This document shows, piece by piece, positions 19,801-28,988 of a stretch of DNA of 64,000 nucleotides. Below the pieces are notes generated by a model. That model had not been told where the DNA came from and searched no databases. It saw nothing but the letters and a program-made list of their open reading frames with translations. Positions within the stretch are counted from its first letter, which is position 1. Each line of letters begins with the position of its first letter. The translations under genes were made by a program, and so were the position numbers. Source of the stretch: Candidatus Eiseniibacteriota bacterium (GTDB lineage: Bacteria > Eisenbacteria > RBG-16-71-46); the NCBI GenBank assembly GCA_963776245.1, contig CAVZLN010000005.1, positions 64,001-128,000 of the forward strand, in the 5' to 3' direction.

Positions 19801-20336
19801 ACCACGAGGGAATCGCGCCAGTAGATGGCGCGGTCGGACTCGAGGCGCTGGCCGCCGTCGCGACCGGTGACCCGTCCCACCAGCTCGGCGCGCCCCCGGC
19901 CGCGGTCGTAGGTGCCGGCGGGCGCGTGGAGCACCGCATCGCGCTCGGCGATGACCACGTTCCCGTCGAGCTGGAGCAGGTCGTCGTTCTCCGAGAAGGT
20001 GGCGCGGTCGCAGGTGAGCGTGGTGGTGCTGTCCACCATCTTCACGCGCCCCTCGAGGAACAGCAGGCCCTGGCTCCGCAGGTAGCGTCCGGCATCGGCA
20101 GTGAGCACCGAGCGCCCGCGCGTGACGTGGAGGTTGCCGTTGAGCAGGACGATGTCCCCCTCGGGGCCGCGGCTGCCGGTCATGTTGTCGGCGGTGATGT
20201 TGAGCGGCGACTCGGGAGCGCGCTGGGGCTGCGCGGACGGCTGTCCCACCGCCAGGGACGGTGCGCCGAGGACCAGTGCGAGCAGCACGGCCAGTCGGGC
20301 GGCGGCACAGGCCCGCGGGGGCGCTGGCCGGCTCAC
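16806..20336 (-). CDS. lptD: LPS-assembly protein LptD with an extended N-terminal OstA/LptA-like jellyroll region
   Basis: Signal peptide, repeated OstA-like strands, SYTTC...PHYHF, GFLFP and C-terminal RDLHCW. Confidence 0.85.
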   Translation of the reverse strand: MSRPAPPRACAAARLAVLLALVLGAPSLAVGQPSAQPQRAPESPLNITADNMTGSRGPEGDIVLLNGNLHVTRGRSVLTADAGRYLRSQGLLFLEGRVKMVDSTTTLTCDRATFSENDDLLQLDGNVVIAERDAVLHAPAGTYDRGRGRAELVGRVTGRDGGQRLESDRAIYWRDSLVVQARGDVKGFDDANRTELDADSVDFDRRSREALASGHPVLKTTDEKGHVTRMTSRLMRVNTETRVAQAIDSVVVVSDTLHARSDYALFDDRASRGWMLGAPRVWDDENTVSGDTLEIWSEKRVVRRVVVRNRAVMDYRGARPATLGESSRLTGRRVDVFFTDQDIDSLVAMGEARNDYGAPTRAGKSQERNLALGDTITVFFRDRKIDRARVQGQAKGEFRPAVDAADTTAQKKETVAYDAVRIEYEVPKNRIVLDQGAHLTYGDLELRSRRVVYDVGQQTLVAEGKPQLKDRGEQVAGHLMTYDLESRVGTIYDAETDYEKGRYHGERIRKVNKSELDVMGGSYTTCNLVQPHYHFASKWMKIYLKDKLVAKPVVFYVKNVPLLALPFYVFPIKPGRHSGFLFPQLEFGLNNPAGQFVRNAGYYWAPNDYMDLTLSGDYYQAEPSWVTRAESQYKLMYVLDGSFRTSFARNEHTRRDDWDLYAEHNQELTARTRLAARGSFVSSRDYSSSNLFGAPLSQRLNRFLTSNLAVSHSADWAAFSAYVDRRQDLDADQALEGDRGLTGAPLPAVGTVASLANLTETRPSLSVSFPTRTLGSISAFKGTPLENGLKTVYASLATRLVEQRERRAVVVGRTGTGPDSSNVLGQRITVRRGFAADGSLSDSRRVFGWINLAPRLSTSAVVFDHDVLGRKVVPAAVWSTGVSTGTTFYGTFAPRIGPLEGLRHVVTPNVSFSYAPEFKSLTYADRAGVRRSRFEGFSGIGISGFRNASMSYSLDQRFQVKLKRGTDIVRLDNLVSWTTSGSYDFLWRERGLLHPLSPISSTVNLQPPGTMNGSVQWTTDPYQARPVRNMSTYAGLNLGSGPARSSNPELPLDSRPAEAEEQPGFRDAWTLGLAYSYAGGYEGSKWADRQSANAVARYQFSPGWAADWSASYDLTFHALTTQRFSVQRDLHCWTAIFTRTFSLGGESEYYFRLGLKDQREIYFERGTRVGSIGGIQ

Positions 20337-21601
20337 AGCCACTCCCCGGGCGCGCCGCCGAAGCACTCCATCGCCTCACCGACGGCGAACAGCGAGCCGG
20401 CCAGGAGCACCGGTGCGTCCCCGGCGGTGGCGAGCGCGGAGCGCACCGCCTCCGGCACGCCGGGCGCGGTGCGCGCCTGCCAGCCGGCGGCCGCCGCCGC
20501 CGCGGCGAGCGGGCCGGGGTCGAGCGCGCGCTCGCTGCGCGTGCGCGTGGCCACCAGGCGGCGCGACGGGACGAGCCCGGCGAGCGCGGCGAGCATCCCC
20601 GCGGCATCCTTGTCGCGCGAACCGGCGAACACGAGCGTGCCCACGGGCGGCCGCGCGGCCTCCGCCCAGCGCGCGGCGAGCGCGGCCGCTCCGTCGGGGT
20701 TGTGCGCGCCGTCCCACCACAGGCGCGGCTCGGCCGGGCAGGGCTCGAAGCGCCCGGGCCAGCGTGCGCGCCGGAAGCCCTCGAGCAGCGCCGCGCGGGG
20801 GACCGACACGCCGCGCGCGGCGAGCGCCTCGAGCGCGGCGAGCGCGGCGGCGGCATTGCGCGCGGCGTACCCGCCCGCCTCGCTCACCAGCGACACCTCG
20901 CCCCAGGCGCCGGTCCGGAACGCCAGCGGCGCGCCCGCGATCGGCTCGGGCATGGGCGCCACGGGCGCCTCGGCCGCGCGCGCCGCGCGCTCGACCACGG
21001 CGCGCGCGGTGGCGTCCTCCACCGCGATCACCGCGGGCACCCCGCGCTTGAGGATGCCGGCCTTCTCGGCCGCGATCGCCGCGATCGAGTCGCCGAGCAC
21101 CTCGGCATGGTCGAGCGCGATGCGCGTGACCACCGCGACCTCGGGCGCGATCACGTTGGTGGTGTCGAGCCGGCCGCCGAGGCCGACCTCGATCACCGCC
21201 CATTCCACGCCCTGCTCCGCGAACCAGGCGAACCCGAGCGCGGTCGCGATCTCGAAGAAGGTGCGATCGCGGCCCACGGGAAGCGCCTCGATCCGCCCCA
21301 GCATGCCCTCCAGCCACGCCTCGTCGGCCCACCGGCCCGCCACGCGGATGCGCTCGCGGAAGTCCACCAGGTGCGGGGAGGTGAACAGCCCGGTGCGGTG
21401 CCCGGCCTCGCGCAGCACGCGCTCGACCAGCGCGCACACCGAGCCCTTGCCGTTGGTCCCGGCGACGTGCACGGAGCGGAAGCGCGTGTGCGGGTCGCCG
21501 AGCGCGGCGAGCAGCGCGCGCGTGCCGTCGAGCCCGAGCTTGTTCCTGCGGCGTTCGAGCCCGTACCGCGCCTCGAGCGCCTGCTGGAGCGACACGGTCA
21601 C
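20333..21601 (-). CDS. folC: Folylpolyglutamate synthase / dihydrofolate synthase
   Basis: HVAGTNGKGS, FTSPHL, EVGLGGRLDTTN, WPGRFE, DGAHN and GSLFAVGE. Confidence 0.95.
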   Translation of the reverse strand: MTVSLQQALEARYGLERRRNKLGLDGTRALLAALGDPHTRFRSVHVAGTNGKGSVCALVERVLREAGHRTGLFTSPHLVDFRERIRVAGRWADEAWLEGMLGRIEALPVGRDRTFFEIATALGFAWFAEQGVEWAVIEVGLGGRLDTTNVIAPEVAVVTRIALDHAEVLGDSIAAIAAEKAGILKRGVPAVIAVEDATARAVVERAARAAEAPVAPMPEPIAGAPLAFRTGAWGEVSLVSEAGGYAARNAAAALAALEALAARGVSVPRAALLEGFRRARWPGRFEPCPAEPRLWWDGAHNPDGAAALAARWAEAARPPVGTLVFAGSRDKDAAGMLAALAGLVPSRRLVATRTRSERALDPGPLAAAAAAAGWQARTAPGVPEAVRSALATAGDAPVLLAGSLFAVGEAMECFGGAPGEWL

Positions 21602-21602
21602 C

Positions 21603-22541
21603 TCATCGACCCGGTTCCGCGGCTGGCGCGGGGAGCTCCGACCAGGACGCATGGGGCGAGGGTCTGCCCGCGGCCGCGAAGCCGCGGGTGGAGCGCCAGA
21701 AGAACTCGAGCAGGTGTCCGACCTCCTCGCGCATGCGCTTGCGGTGGACGATGCGGTCCACGAAGCCCTTCTCGAGCACGAACTCGGCGCGCTGGAAGCC
21801 CGCCGGCAGGTCCTCGCCGATGGTCTGGCGGATGACCCGCGCGCCGGCGAATCCCACCAGCGCCCGCGGCTCGGCGACGATCACGTCGCCGAGCGAGGCG
21901 TACGACGCGAGCACGCCGGCGGTGGAGGGATCGGTGAGGATCGAGATGAACGGCAGACGCTCGTCCTGCAGGCGCGCCAGCAGCGCGCTGGTCTTGGCCA
22001 TCTGCATGAGCGAGAGGATGCCCTCCTGCATGCGCGCGCCGCCGGTGGCCGACACGATGATGAGCGCGCGGCGCTCGGAGAGCGCGGTCTCGATCGAGCG
22101 CGCCACCTTCTCGCCCACCACCGAGCCCATGCTGCCGCCCATGAAGAAGAAGTCCATCAGCGTCGCCGCGACCGGCTTGCCCATGACGGTGGCCACGCCC
22201 GAGAGCGCGGCGTCCTTCATCCCGGTGTCGCGCTGGGCCGCCTTGAGGCGGTCGGGGTAGCGCATCTTGGCGTCGCGGAACTCGAGCGGGTCGCCGGCCT
22301 CGAGGTCGGCGAAGCGCTCCTCGAAGGAGCCCTCGTCGAACAGGTAGCCCGCGTAGGTGGCGGCCGGGACGCGGAAGTGGTGGTCGCAGTGCGGGCAGGT
22401 CCAGAGGTGCTCCTCGAGCACGGTCTGGAACAGCGCCTCGCCGCAGCCGTCGCACTTGGTCCACAGGCCCTCGGGGACGTCGGCACGCTCGTCGCGCGGG
22501 GTGGGCTGGATGCCCTTTCGCTCTCGCTTCAGCCAGGACAT
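21603..22541 (-). CDS. accD: Acetyl-CoA carboxylase carboxyltransferase beta subunit
   Basis: GLWTKCDGC...CPHC zinc finger, FMGGSMGSVVGEK, GGARMQEG and LMQMAKTS. Confidence 0.97.
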   Translation of the reverse strand: MSWLKRERKGIQPTPRDERADVPEGLWTKCDGCGEALFQTVLEEHLWTCPHCDHHFRVPAATYAGYLFDEGSFEERFADLEAGDPLEFRDAKMRYPDRLKAAQRDTGMKDAALSGVATVMGKPVAATLMDFFFMGGSMGSVVGEKVARSIETALSERRALIIVSATGGARMQEGILSLMQMAKTSALLARLQDERLPFISILTDPSTAGVLASYASLGDVIVAEPRALVGFAGARVIRQTIGEDLPAGFQRAEFVLEKGFVDRIVHRKRMREEVGHLLEFFWRSTRGFAAAGRPSPHASWSELPAPAAEPGR

Positions 22542-22572
22542 GGGGTTCGGTGGGCTCCGGGGTTCCGGGGGT

Positions 22573-23778
22573 TCAGCAGGCAGCCATGGGACGCCATTCC
22601 ATCACGAGGGCATCCTCGCCGTTGTCACGATAATACCCGCGCCGCAGGGCCGCCAGCCGGAAACCGTACGCGCGGTAGAGCGCCTGGGCGGCGGTGTTGG
22701 TGGCGCGCACCTCGAGCGTGAGCCGCGCGTCGCCCGCCTCCCGCACCGCCTCGAGCACGTCCTCGAGCAGCAGGCGCGCGACGCCGCGCCGTCGCGACGA
22801 CGGCACCACCGCGATGTTGTCGAGGTGGGCGTCGCCCGCGCCCAGCCACGCGACCGTGTAGCCGAGCACGCCATCGAACGGGGCGTCCGCCGCGGGCTGG
22901 GGACGCACCGCCACGCGCGCGTGGGCGAGCGGATGCTCGAGCGCGGTGCGGAAGAAGGACTCCGGCCACGGGTCGCTGAACACCTCGACCTCGATCCGCG
23001 CGATCGCGGGGATGTCGCCGGGCGCCAGCGGCCGCAGCACCACTGGATCGCCGGCGAGCGCCTGCCGCCGGACGCGCTCCTCGGCCTGCGGGGGGCGCAC
23101 GTACACCGGCCGCACGCTCTCACCCGTACGCGGGCCGCCGAGCAGGGCGAGCCGCGGCGCGCGCGCGGCGACCGCGAGATCGTGCGCCGAGAGCCCTCCG
23201 AAGCGCCACGGCGGATCGGTGCTGCCCGGCCACGCGGCCTCGAGCGCCGCGTGCTCGCGCGCCGCGCCCGGGCCGACGAAGCGCACGCCGGCGCGGTCCA
23301 GCAGCGCGTGCGCCTCGGCGGTGGCGTGCAGCACGTCCGCGGTGGTGCCCACCCGCGGGGCGGCGAGCAGCGTGACGCGGCCCGTGGTGTCGGCGCGGTA
23401 GAAGCCGGCGAACATGTCCCGCCGTCCGGCGGTCACGAGCGGCACCACCAGCGCGCGCTTCGCTCCCGCCGAGAGCGCCAGCGCGGCGAGCGACGAGGCG
23501 CCGAGCAGCGCGGCGCCGGCCGCCTGCGCCAGCGCCTCGGCGGTGGCGAGCCCGACGCGCACGCCAGTGAACGAGCCCGGGCCGAGGTCGGCGGCGACCC
23601 AGCGCAGGCTCGCGACCGCCACGCCCGCGCGCTCGAGCGCCCGCCGCACCAGCGGCGTGAGGCGGCGCAGGTGGCCGTAGGAGACGTCCTCGGACTCGTG
23701 CGCGAGCGCGGTTCCGTCGGCGCCGCACACCAGCACCTCGACGTGGTCGGTCGCGGTCTCGAGCGCGAGCCCACTCAC
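22573..23778 (-). CDS. tsaB: TsaB fused to a RimI-like GNAT acetyltransferase
   Basis: LETAT and GPGSFTGVRVG, followed without a stop by FSDPW...NIAV...RRRGVAR...LEVRATN...RRGYY. Confidence 0.9.
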   Translation of the reverse strand: MSGLALETATDHVEVLVCGADGTALAHESEDVSYGHLRRLTPLVRRALERAGVAVASLRWVAADLGPGSFTGVRVGLATAEALAQAAGAALLGASSLAALALSAGAKRALVVPLVTAGRRDMFAGFYRADTTGRVTLLAAPRVGTTADVLHATAEAHALLDRAGVRFVGPGAAREHAALEAAWPGSTDPPWRFGGLSAHDLAVAARAPRLALLGGPRTGESVRPVYVRPPQAEERVRRQALAGDPVVLRPLAPGDIPAIARIEVEVFSDPWPESFFRTALEHPLAHARVAVRPQPAADAPFDGVLGYTVAWLGAGDAHLDNIAVVPSSRRRGVARLLLEDVLEAVREAGDARLTLEVRATNTAAQALYRAYGFRLAALRRGYYRDNGEDALVMEWRPMAAC

Positions 23779-24278
23779 GGCGCCGGGTGCTCCGGGATCG
23801 CCGTCCAGGCCGCGAGCAGCTCGAGCCCCCGGCCGCCCGTGGCGGTGGCACGCAGCGTGCGCAGGTCTCCGGCGAGCGGCTCAAACGCCAGCCCGAGCGC
23901 CTCGCGCCGCAGGGCGGCGGGGAGTCGCTCGCCCCACTCGACCACCAGCGCGCCGCGCTCGGCGTACTCCTCGAGGCCGAGCGCGTCGGCGTCCGGGGTG
24001 TCGATCCGGTAGAGGTCGAGATGGAACAGCGGTAGCGGTCCGCGGTACTCGTTCACCAGCGTGAACGACGGGCTGCGCACCCGCGCGGCGGGGTTCAGCC
24101 CGCGCGCCAGCCCGGCGACGAAGCACGTCTTGCCGGCCCCCAGCGGCCCCGAGAGCGCGAGCACGTCGCCCGGGCGCAGCGCCGGCGCCAGCGCCTCGCC
24201 GAGGCGCTCGGTCGCCGCGGGGGACGCGCTCACGCGCGGCGGCGCCCCGCGCGCCGCGGGATGGAGCGCGCCCGTCAT
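23775..24278 (-). CDS. tsaE: t6A biosynthesis ATPase TsaE
   Basis: GPLGAGKT, VRSPSFTLVNEY, HLDLYR and VEWGE. Confidence 0.95.
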   Translation of the reverse strand: MTGALHPAARGAPPRVSASPAATERLGEALAPALRPGDVLALSGPLGAGKTCFVAGLARGLNPAARVRSPSFTLVNEYRGPLPLFHLDLYRIDTPDADALGLEEYAERGALVVEWGERLPAALRREALGLAFEPLAGDLRTLRATATGGRGLELLAAWTAIPEHPAP

Positions 24279-25843
24279 CCGCGGGGGTGAAGCGTGACCA
24301 GCGGGAGGATCATCTCTTCGACCGAGATGCCGCCGTGCTGGAACGAGCCGCGGTACTGGCGCTCGTACTCGTGGAAGCGCGTCGGGTAGACGAAGTAGTA
24401 GTCCTCGCGCGCCAGCACGTAGTTCTTGTTGACGCCGCCCTCGGGCAGCATCCACTCGGCCGGCTTGCGCACCGTCACCGCCAGCTTGTTGTCGCAGTTG
24501 AGGCTGACGCCGAACTTGTAGCGCAGGTTGGTGGAGGTGTCGCGGTTGCCGTAGACCAGCGCCGCGCGCTTGCCGAGCACCGAGCCGTGATCGGTGGTGA
24601 GCACCACGGTGACGTCCTGGGTCGCGAGCGCGCGGAAGATCTCGTACAGCGGACTGTGCACGAACCACGCCTTCATCACCGCGCGGAACGCCGCCTCGTC
24701 GGGCGCCAGCTCCTGCAGGATCTCGCTCTCGGAGCGGCCGTGCGCGAGGATGTCGAGGAAGTTGAACACCATGCTCGTGAGCGGCACGCCGGCGAACGAG
24801 TTGATCTGCCGCCGCGTGCTGATGGCCTCGTCCTGGTCGTAGATCTTCAGGTACTTGGGCGGCGTCGCCGGCGTGAGCTTGAGCCGCTCGAGCTGGAAGT
24901 CGAGCAGCTGGCGCTCGAAGCGGTTCTTGGTGCGCTCGTCCTTGGTCTTCTCCTGCCACAGGTCGGGGTGGCGCTGCTGCAGCTGCGCCGGCAGCAGCCC
25001 GGAGAAGATGGCGTTGCGCGAGTAGGGCGTCGCGGTGGGCAGGATCGAGCAGTAGTACTCGCGCTGGATGTCGAACAGCTCCTCCAGCAGCGGCTCGAGC
25101 GTGAACCACTGGTCGAGACGCATGCAGTCGATGATCACGAACACCACCCGCTTCCCCGCGGCGAGGTGGGGCGCGAGCGCGTGCTTCACCACGTCGGTCG
25201 AGAGCAGCGGGCGATCCTCGCCGCCGTGCACCCACGCGGGATAGCGCTCCTCGACGAACCGACCGAAGTCGATGTTGAGGCCGCGCCGGAAGTCCGCGTG
25301 CGCCTGCCGCAGTCCGGCCTCCGGCAGGTCGTCGAAGCGCACGTCCCAGCGCGCCACCTCCACCGCGAGGTCCATCCAGCCCCGCCAGTCGAGTCCGCGC
25401 AGGTCCATGTTCTGCCAGCGCTGCATCTCGCCGACGTAGTCGCGGGCGCGCTGCGAGTCCTGCAGCTGCTGCGCCTCGAACACGCGCTTGCAGGCGAGGA
25501 ACACCTGGGACGGATTCACCGGCTTGATGAGGTAGTCGGTGATGTGCCGCCCGATGGCCTCGTTCATGAGCGATTCCTCCTCGCTCTTGGTGATGAGGAT
25601 CACCGGCACCTGGAGGTCGCGCTCCTTGAGGGCGTGCAGCGTCTCGAGCCCGCCCATGCCCGGCATCATCTCGTCGAGCAGCACGACGTCGAAGCGCCCC
25701 TTCGTGAGCGCCTCGAGCGCGTCCGCGCCGCTCGGCACCGCGGTCACCGCGAAGCCCTTCTGCTCGAGGAAGCGGATGTGCGGCCGCAGCAGGTCGATCT
25801 CGTCGTCGGCCCACAGGATCTGGCGTCGGGTGTCGTCGGTCAT
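24275..25843 (-). CDS. porX: PorX-like response regulator (receiver plus PglZ/alkaline-phosphatase domain)
   Basis: ILWADDEIDLL, LLDEMMPG, ITKSEEE, IDCMRLDQW, SILPTATPYSRNAIFSG, TTDHG and FQHGGISVEEM. Confidence 0.9.
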   Translation of the reverse strand: MTDDTRRQILWADDEIDLLRPHIRFLEQKGFAVTAVPSGADALEALTKGRFDVVLLDEMMPGMGGLETLHALKERDLQVPVILITKSEEESLMNEAIGRHITDYLIKPVNPSQVFLACKRVFEAQQLQDSQRARDYVGEMQRWQNMDLRGLDWRGWMDLAVEVARWDVRFDDLPEAGLRQAHADFRRGLNIDFGRFVEERYPAWVHGGEDRPLLSTDVVKHALAPHLAAGKRVVFVIIDCMRLDQWFTLEPLLEELFDIQREYYCSILPTATPYSRNAIFSGLLPAQLQQRHPDLWQEKTKDERTKNRFERQLLDFQLERLKLTPATPPKYLKIYDQDEAISTRRQINSFAGVPLTSMVFNFLDILAHGRSESEILQELAPDEAAFRAVMKAWFVHSPLYEIFRALATQDVTVVLTTDHGSVLGKRAALVYGNRDTSTNLRYKFGVSLNCDNKLAVTVRKPAEWMLPEGGVNKNYVLAREDYYFVYPTRFHEYERQYRGSFQHGGISVEEMILPLVTLHPRG

Positions 25844-25949
25844 GGTGTCCGGGTCGGGGTGCGCGGCGCCACGCGGCGGGCGCGGCGGGGGTCTCGGGGA
25901 GTTTCGCGGCCGCATGATAGCGCGGAGCCGTGCCACCCCCAAAAGAGCG

Positions 25950-25979
25950 TTGACGCGCGCCGGACGCCCCGCCTACGGT
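25950..25979 (+). promoter_or_regulatory. sigma70-type promoter TTGACG-N18-TACGGT for the M28 peptidase
   Basis: Hexamers upstream of ATG 26023. Confidence 0.5.
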
Positions 25980-26022
25980 GGCCGCACACCCCTTCGAACC
26001 CCCCGGCGTGAAAGGTGGTTCC

Positions 26023-27714
26023 ATGCGTCCGCCCCTGACCGGCTCGTGCGTGCTGCTGGGCCTCGCCCTCGCCGCGGCCCCGTGTGCCGCGGCGAACCCC
26101 GAGCGCGCGCTCGAGCATGCGCTCGCGCGGCTGTCCGCCGATTCGCTGCGCGCCCACGTCGCGGCGCTCGCCGACGACCGCATGGAGGGCCGCGCGACCG
26201 GCACCCGCGGCTACGACCTGGCCGCCGCGTACGTGGCGGGCCGCATGAAGGCGATCGGGCTCACGCCGGGAGCCGCCGGCGGGTCCTTCCTGCAGCAGGT
26301 GCCCTTCGCGCGCGGGCAGGTGCGGGAGAGCGCGTGCAGCCTGGTGGTCGGCTACGACGACGTCGCCCCGCGCGGCGGTCTCGATGTCGAACGCCCGCTC
26401 GCCTACGGCACCGACTACCTGATGGCCGCCGACCTGCTGCGCGACGAGACGGCGCTGAACGGGCCGATGATGTTCGCCGGCTACGGGGTGGTGGCGCCCG
26501 AGCTGGGATACGACGACTACGAGGGGCTCGACGTGAAGGGCAAGGTGGTGGTGGTGCTCACCGGCGCCCCGCCCTCGTTCCCGAGCGACCAGCGCGCCTA
26601 TCACTCGTGGAACGCGCTCAAGGAGCGCGAGGCCGCGGCGCGCGGCGCGCGCGGCCTGCTCAGCGTCCGCACCCCGGTGGACGAGCGGCGGACGCCGTGG
26701 GAGCGCGCCGTGCGCCAGTCACGACTTCCGGCGATGCGCTGGACCGACGAGCGCGGCGCGCCGCACGACGTGCAGGCCGGGCTCGAGGTCGTCGGGACCA
26801 TGAACCGCAGCGGCGCCGAGGCCCTCTTCTATCCCATGCCGCTCGACAGCGTGCTGGACGGCTCGGCCTTCCACACCATGCGCGCCGCGCCGTTCCACCT
26901 GCTGCACGCCGGGCGGGCCACCCAGCGCTCGCGCGCCCGGAGCGCCAACGTGATCGGCGTCCTGCGCGGCTCGGACCCGCGGCGGCGCGACGAGTTCGTG
27001 GTGTACACCGCGCATCTCGACCACCTCGGGATCTCCACGCCGGTGAACGGGGACTCGATCAACAATGGCGCCTACGACAACGCCTCGGGCGTGGCGCTGA
27101 TGCTCGAGATCGCCCGCGCGTTCACCGCCCTGAAGCCGCGGCCCAGGCGCTCCCTCGCGTTCGTGGCCGTGACCGGCGAGGAGAAGGGCCTGCAGGGCTC
27201 CGATTACTTCGCGCGCTTCCCCTCCATGCCCCGCGGCCAGGTCGTGGCGGACGTGAACCTCGACATGTTCCTCATGCTCCGCCCGCTCCGCGACGTCATC
27301 GCGTTCGGCGCCGGGCATTCGAGCCTCGGCGCCGCGGTGGACAGCGCCGCGCGGCGCCGCGGCCTCGCCGTGAGCCCCGACCCGATGCCCGAAGAGGTGG
27401 TGTTCATCCGCAGCGACCAGTTCTCGTTCGTGCGCCAGGGCATCCCCGCGGTCTTCCTGGTCGGCGGGCGGGCGGGCGACGGGTCGATCGACGAGGAGCG
27501 CCAGCGCTGGTCGCGCGAGGTCTACCACACGCCCCAGGACGACCTCACGCAGCGCTTCCGGTGGGACGAGGGCGTCACCTTCGCCGACTTCGGCCTGCGG
27601 GTGGGCCTCGAGATCGCGAACGCGCCGGGGCGCCCGACCTGGAACCCGGGCGACTACTTCGGCGAGACGTTCGGCCGCGCGGCGTCCGGGCCGGCTAGGT
27701 CGGGAACGCGATGA
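26023..27714 (+). CDS. M28 family aminopeptidase with PA domain
   Basis: Signal peptide; AHLDHLG, NGAYDNASG, GEEKGLQGS, NLDM, RSDQ and YHTPQD. Confidence 0.93.
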   Translation: MRPPLTGSCVLLGLALAAAPCAAANPERALEHALARLSADSLRAHVAALADDRMEGRATGTRGYDLAAAYVAGRMKAIGLTPGAAGGSFLQQVPFARGQVRESACSLVVGYDDVAPRGGLDVERPLAYGTDYLMAADLLRDETALNGPMMFAGYGVVAPELGYDDYEGLDVKGKVVVVLTGAPPSFPSDQRAYHSWNALKEREAAARGARGLLSVRTPVDERRTPWERAVRQSRLPAMRWTDERGAPHDVQAGLEVVGTMNRSGAEALFYPMPLDSVLDGSAFHTMRAAPFHLLHAGRATQRSRARSANVIGVLRGSDPRRRDEFVVYTAHLDHLGISTPVNGDSINNGAYDNASGVALMLEIARAFTALKPRPRRSLAFVAVTGEEKGLQGSDYFARFPSMPRGQVVADVNLDMFLMLRPLRDVIAFGAGHSSLGAAVDSAARRRGLAVSPDPMPEEVVFIRSDQFSFVRQGIPAVFLVGGRAGDGSIDEERQRWSREVYHTPQDDLTQRFRWDEGVTFADFGLRVGLEIANAPGRPTWNPGDYFGETFGRAASGPARSGTR

Positions 27715-28984
27715 CGACCGTCGTCCCCTGCCCCGGCGCGCTGTGGCGGATGGTGAGCCGGCCGCCGTGGTACTCCTCGACCACCCGCCGCGAGAGCGCG
27801 AGCCCCAGTCCCCAGCCGCGCCGCTTGGTGGTGTAGCCCGGCTCGAACGCCCGCCGCAGCTCGCCCGGCGTCATGCCGCGGCCGTTGTCGCGGATGACGA
27901 TCTCCACCGCCTCGGTCTGCTTGCGGCGCTCCACCGCGACCTCGATCACCCCCGGTGACTTCTCGATCGCCGAGACCGCGTTCGAGATCAGGTTCTCGAG
28001 CGCCCACTCGAGCAGCTCGGGATTGAGGTTCACCGGCGGCACCTCGTCGTAGCGCTCGCGCAGCTCGATCTCGCCCGCGCCCTGCGGCAGGCGCTTGCGC
28101 ATGTAGAGCACCGCCTCGCCCACCACCGGCGCCACGTCCTGCAGATGCAGGCTCGGCGCCGAGCCCACGCGGCTGAAGCGCTGCGCCACCTTGTTGAGCC
28201 GCTCGACGTCGCGCTCCATCTCGCGGAGGGTCTCCTCGAGCTCGGCTCGCGGCAGGCTCGCCATGCCGCCGGGCGGGGCGCTCTCGGCGTGTGCGCGCAG
28301 CAGCTCGACCCAGCCCATGAGCGACGACAGAGGCGTGCCGAGCTGGTGCGCGGTCTCCTTGGCCATGCCCACCCAGATGGTGCGCTTCTCGGCCTGGCGC
28401 ACGCTCGAGAGCCCGAGCAGCCCGATGCCGAGCAGGAGGACCACCCCTCCGAGCGAGACGTAGGGCATCCAGCGCAGCCGGTCGAGCACCGGCGGCACGC
28501 CATAGTGCACCTTGCCCAGGCTCACCCCGGTGCCGGGCTGCTTCATCTCGATCGGGGCGTTGTGATGGTCGAGCCGCATCGCCTCGGCACGCACCCGTTC
28601 GATGCGGGCCCGGATCACCGGGGAGATCGGCATGCTGAAGTCGAGGCTGTCGATCGAGGCCGCCGGCACCGAGTCCCGGTGCACCCCGACGCCGCGCCAG
28701 GCGCGGGGCGTGCCCTGGGTGTCCGTGATCACCATCGGGAAGTCGAGGCTGGCGACCAGGTCGCCGAACACCTTCTCGAGCTCGGGGTCGCGGATGACCG
28801 GGAACGACGCCTGCGAACAGAAGCGCGCGAGCACGCGCGAGGTGGCCGCGATCTCGTCGGAGAGCCGGCGCACGAAGTGGTGGGTCCACAGGAACACCGC
28901 CGCGACCAGCACCAGGCTGCCCACGATGAGACCGGCCCGCAGGGCGGTCGCGCGTGAGCCGCGGGTGCCGAGCAGGAGGCTCAT
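27695..28984 (-). CDS. Membrane sensor histidine kinase
   Basis: Two TMs, WVGMAKETAHQLGTPLSSL H-box, ENLISNA, DNGRG and TTKRRGWGLGL. Confidence 0.93.
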   Translation of the reverse strand: MSLLLGTRGSRATALRAGLIVGSLVLVAAVFLWTHHFVRRLSDEIAATSRVLARFCSQASFPVIRDPELEKVFGDLVASLDFPMVITDTQGTPRAWRGVGVHRDSVPAASIDSLDFSMPISPVIRARIERVRAEAMRLDHHNAPIEMKQPGTGVSLGKVHYGVPPVLDRLRWMPYVSLGGVVLLLGIGLLGLSSVRQAEKRTIWVGMAKETAHQLGTPLSSLMGWVELLRAHAESAPPGGMASLPRAELEETLREMERDVERLNKVAQRFSRVGSAPSLHLQDVAPVVGEAVLYMRKRLPQGAGEIELRERYDEVPPVNLNPELLEWALENLISNAVSAIEKSPGVIEVAVERRKQTEAVEIVIRDNGRGMTPGELRRAFEPGYTTKRRGWGLGLALSRRVVEEYHGGRLTIRHSAPGQGTTVVIAFPT

Positions 28985-28988
28985 GGGG

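Noticed and set aside
15331..20856. 1841-aa ORF suggesting a giant fusion ending in an HMA domain
   Set aside because: It is an off-frame run through lptD that happens to enter the copA start frame.
16791..22721. 1976-aa plus-strand ORF and many similar long ORFs (e.g. 34257..38000, 39838..42315, 24287..26011)
   Set aside because: These are antisense or off-frame shadows of real genes. Stops are rare at this GC content, and the translations are Arg/Ala/Gly-rich with no motifs.
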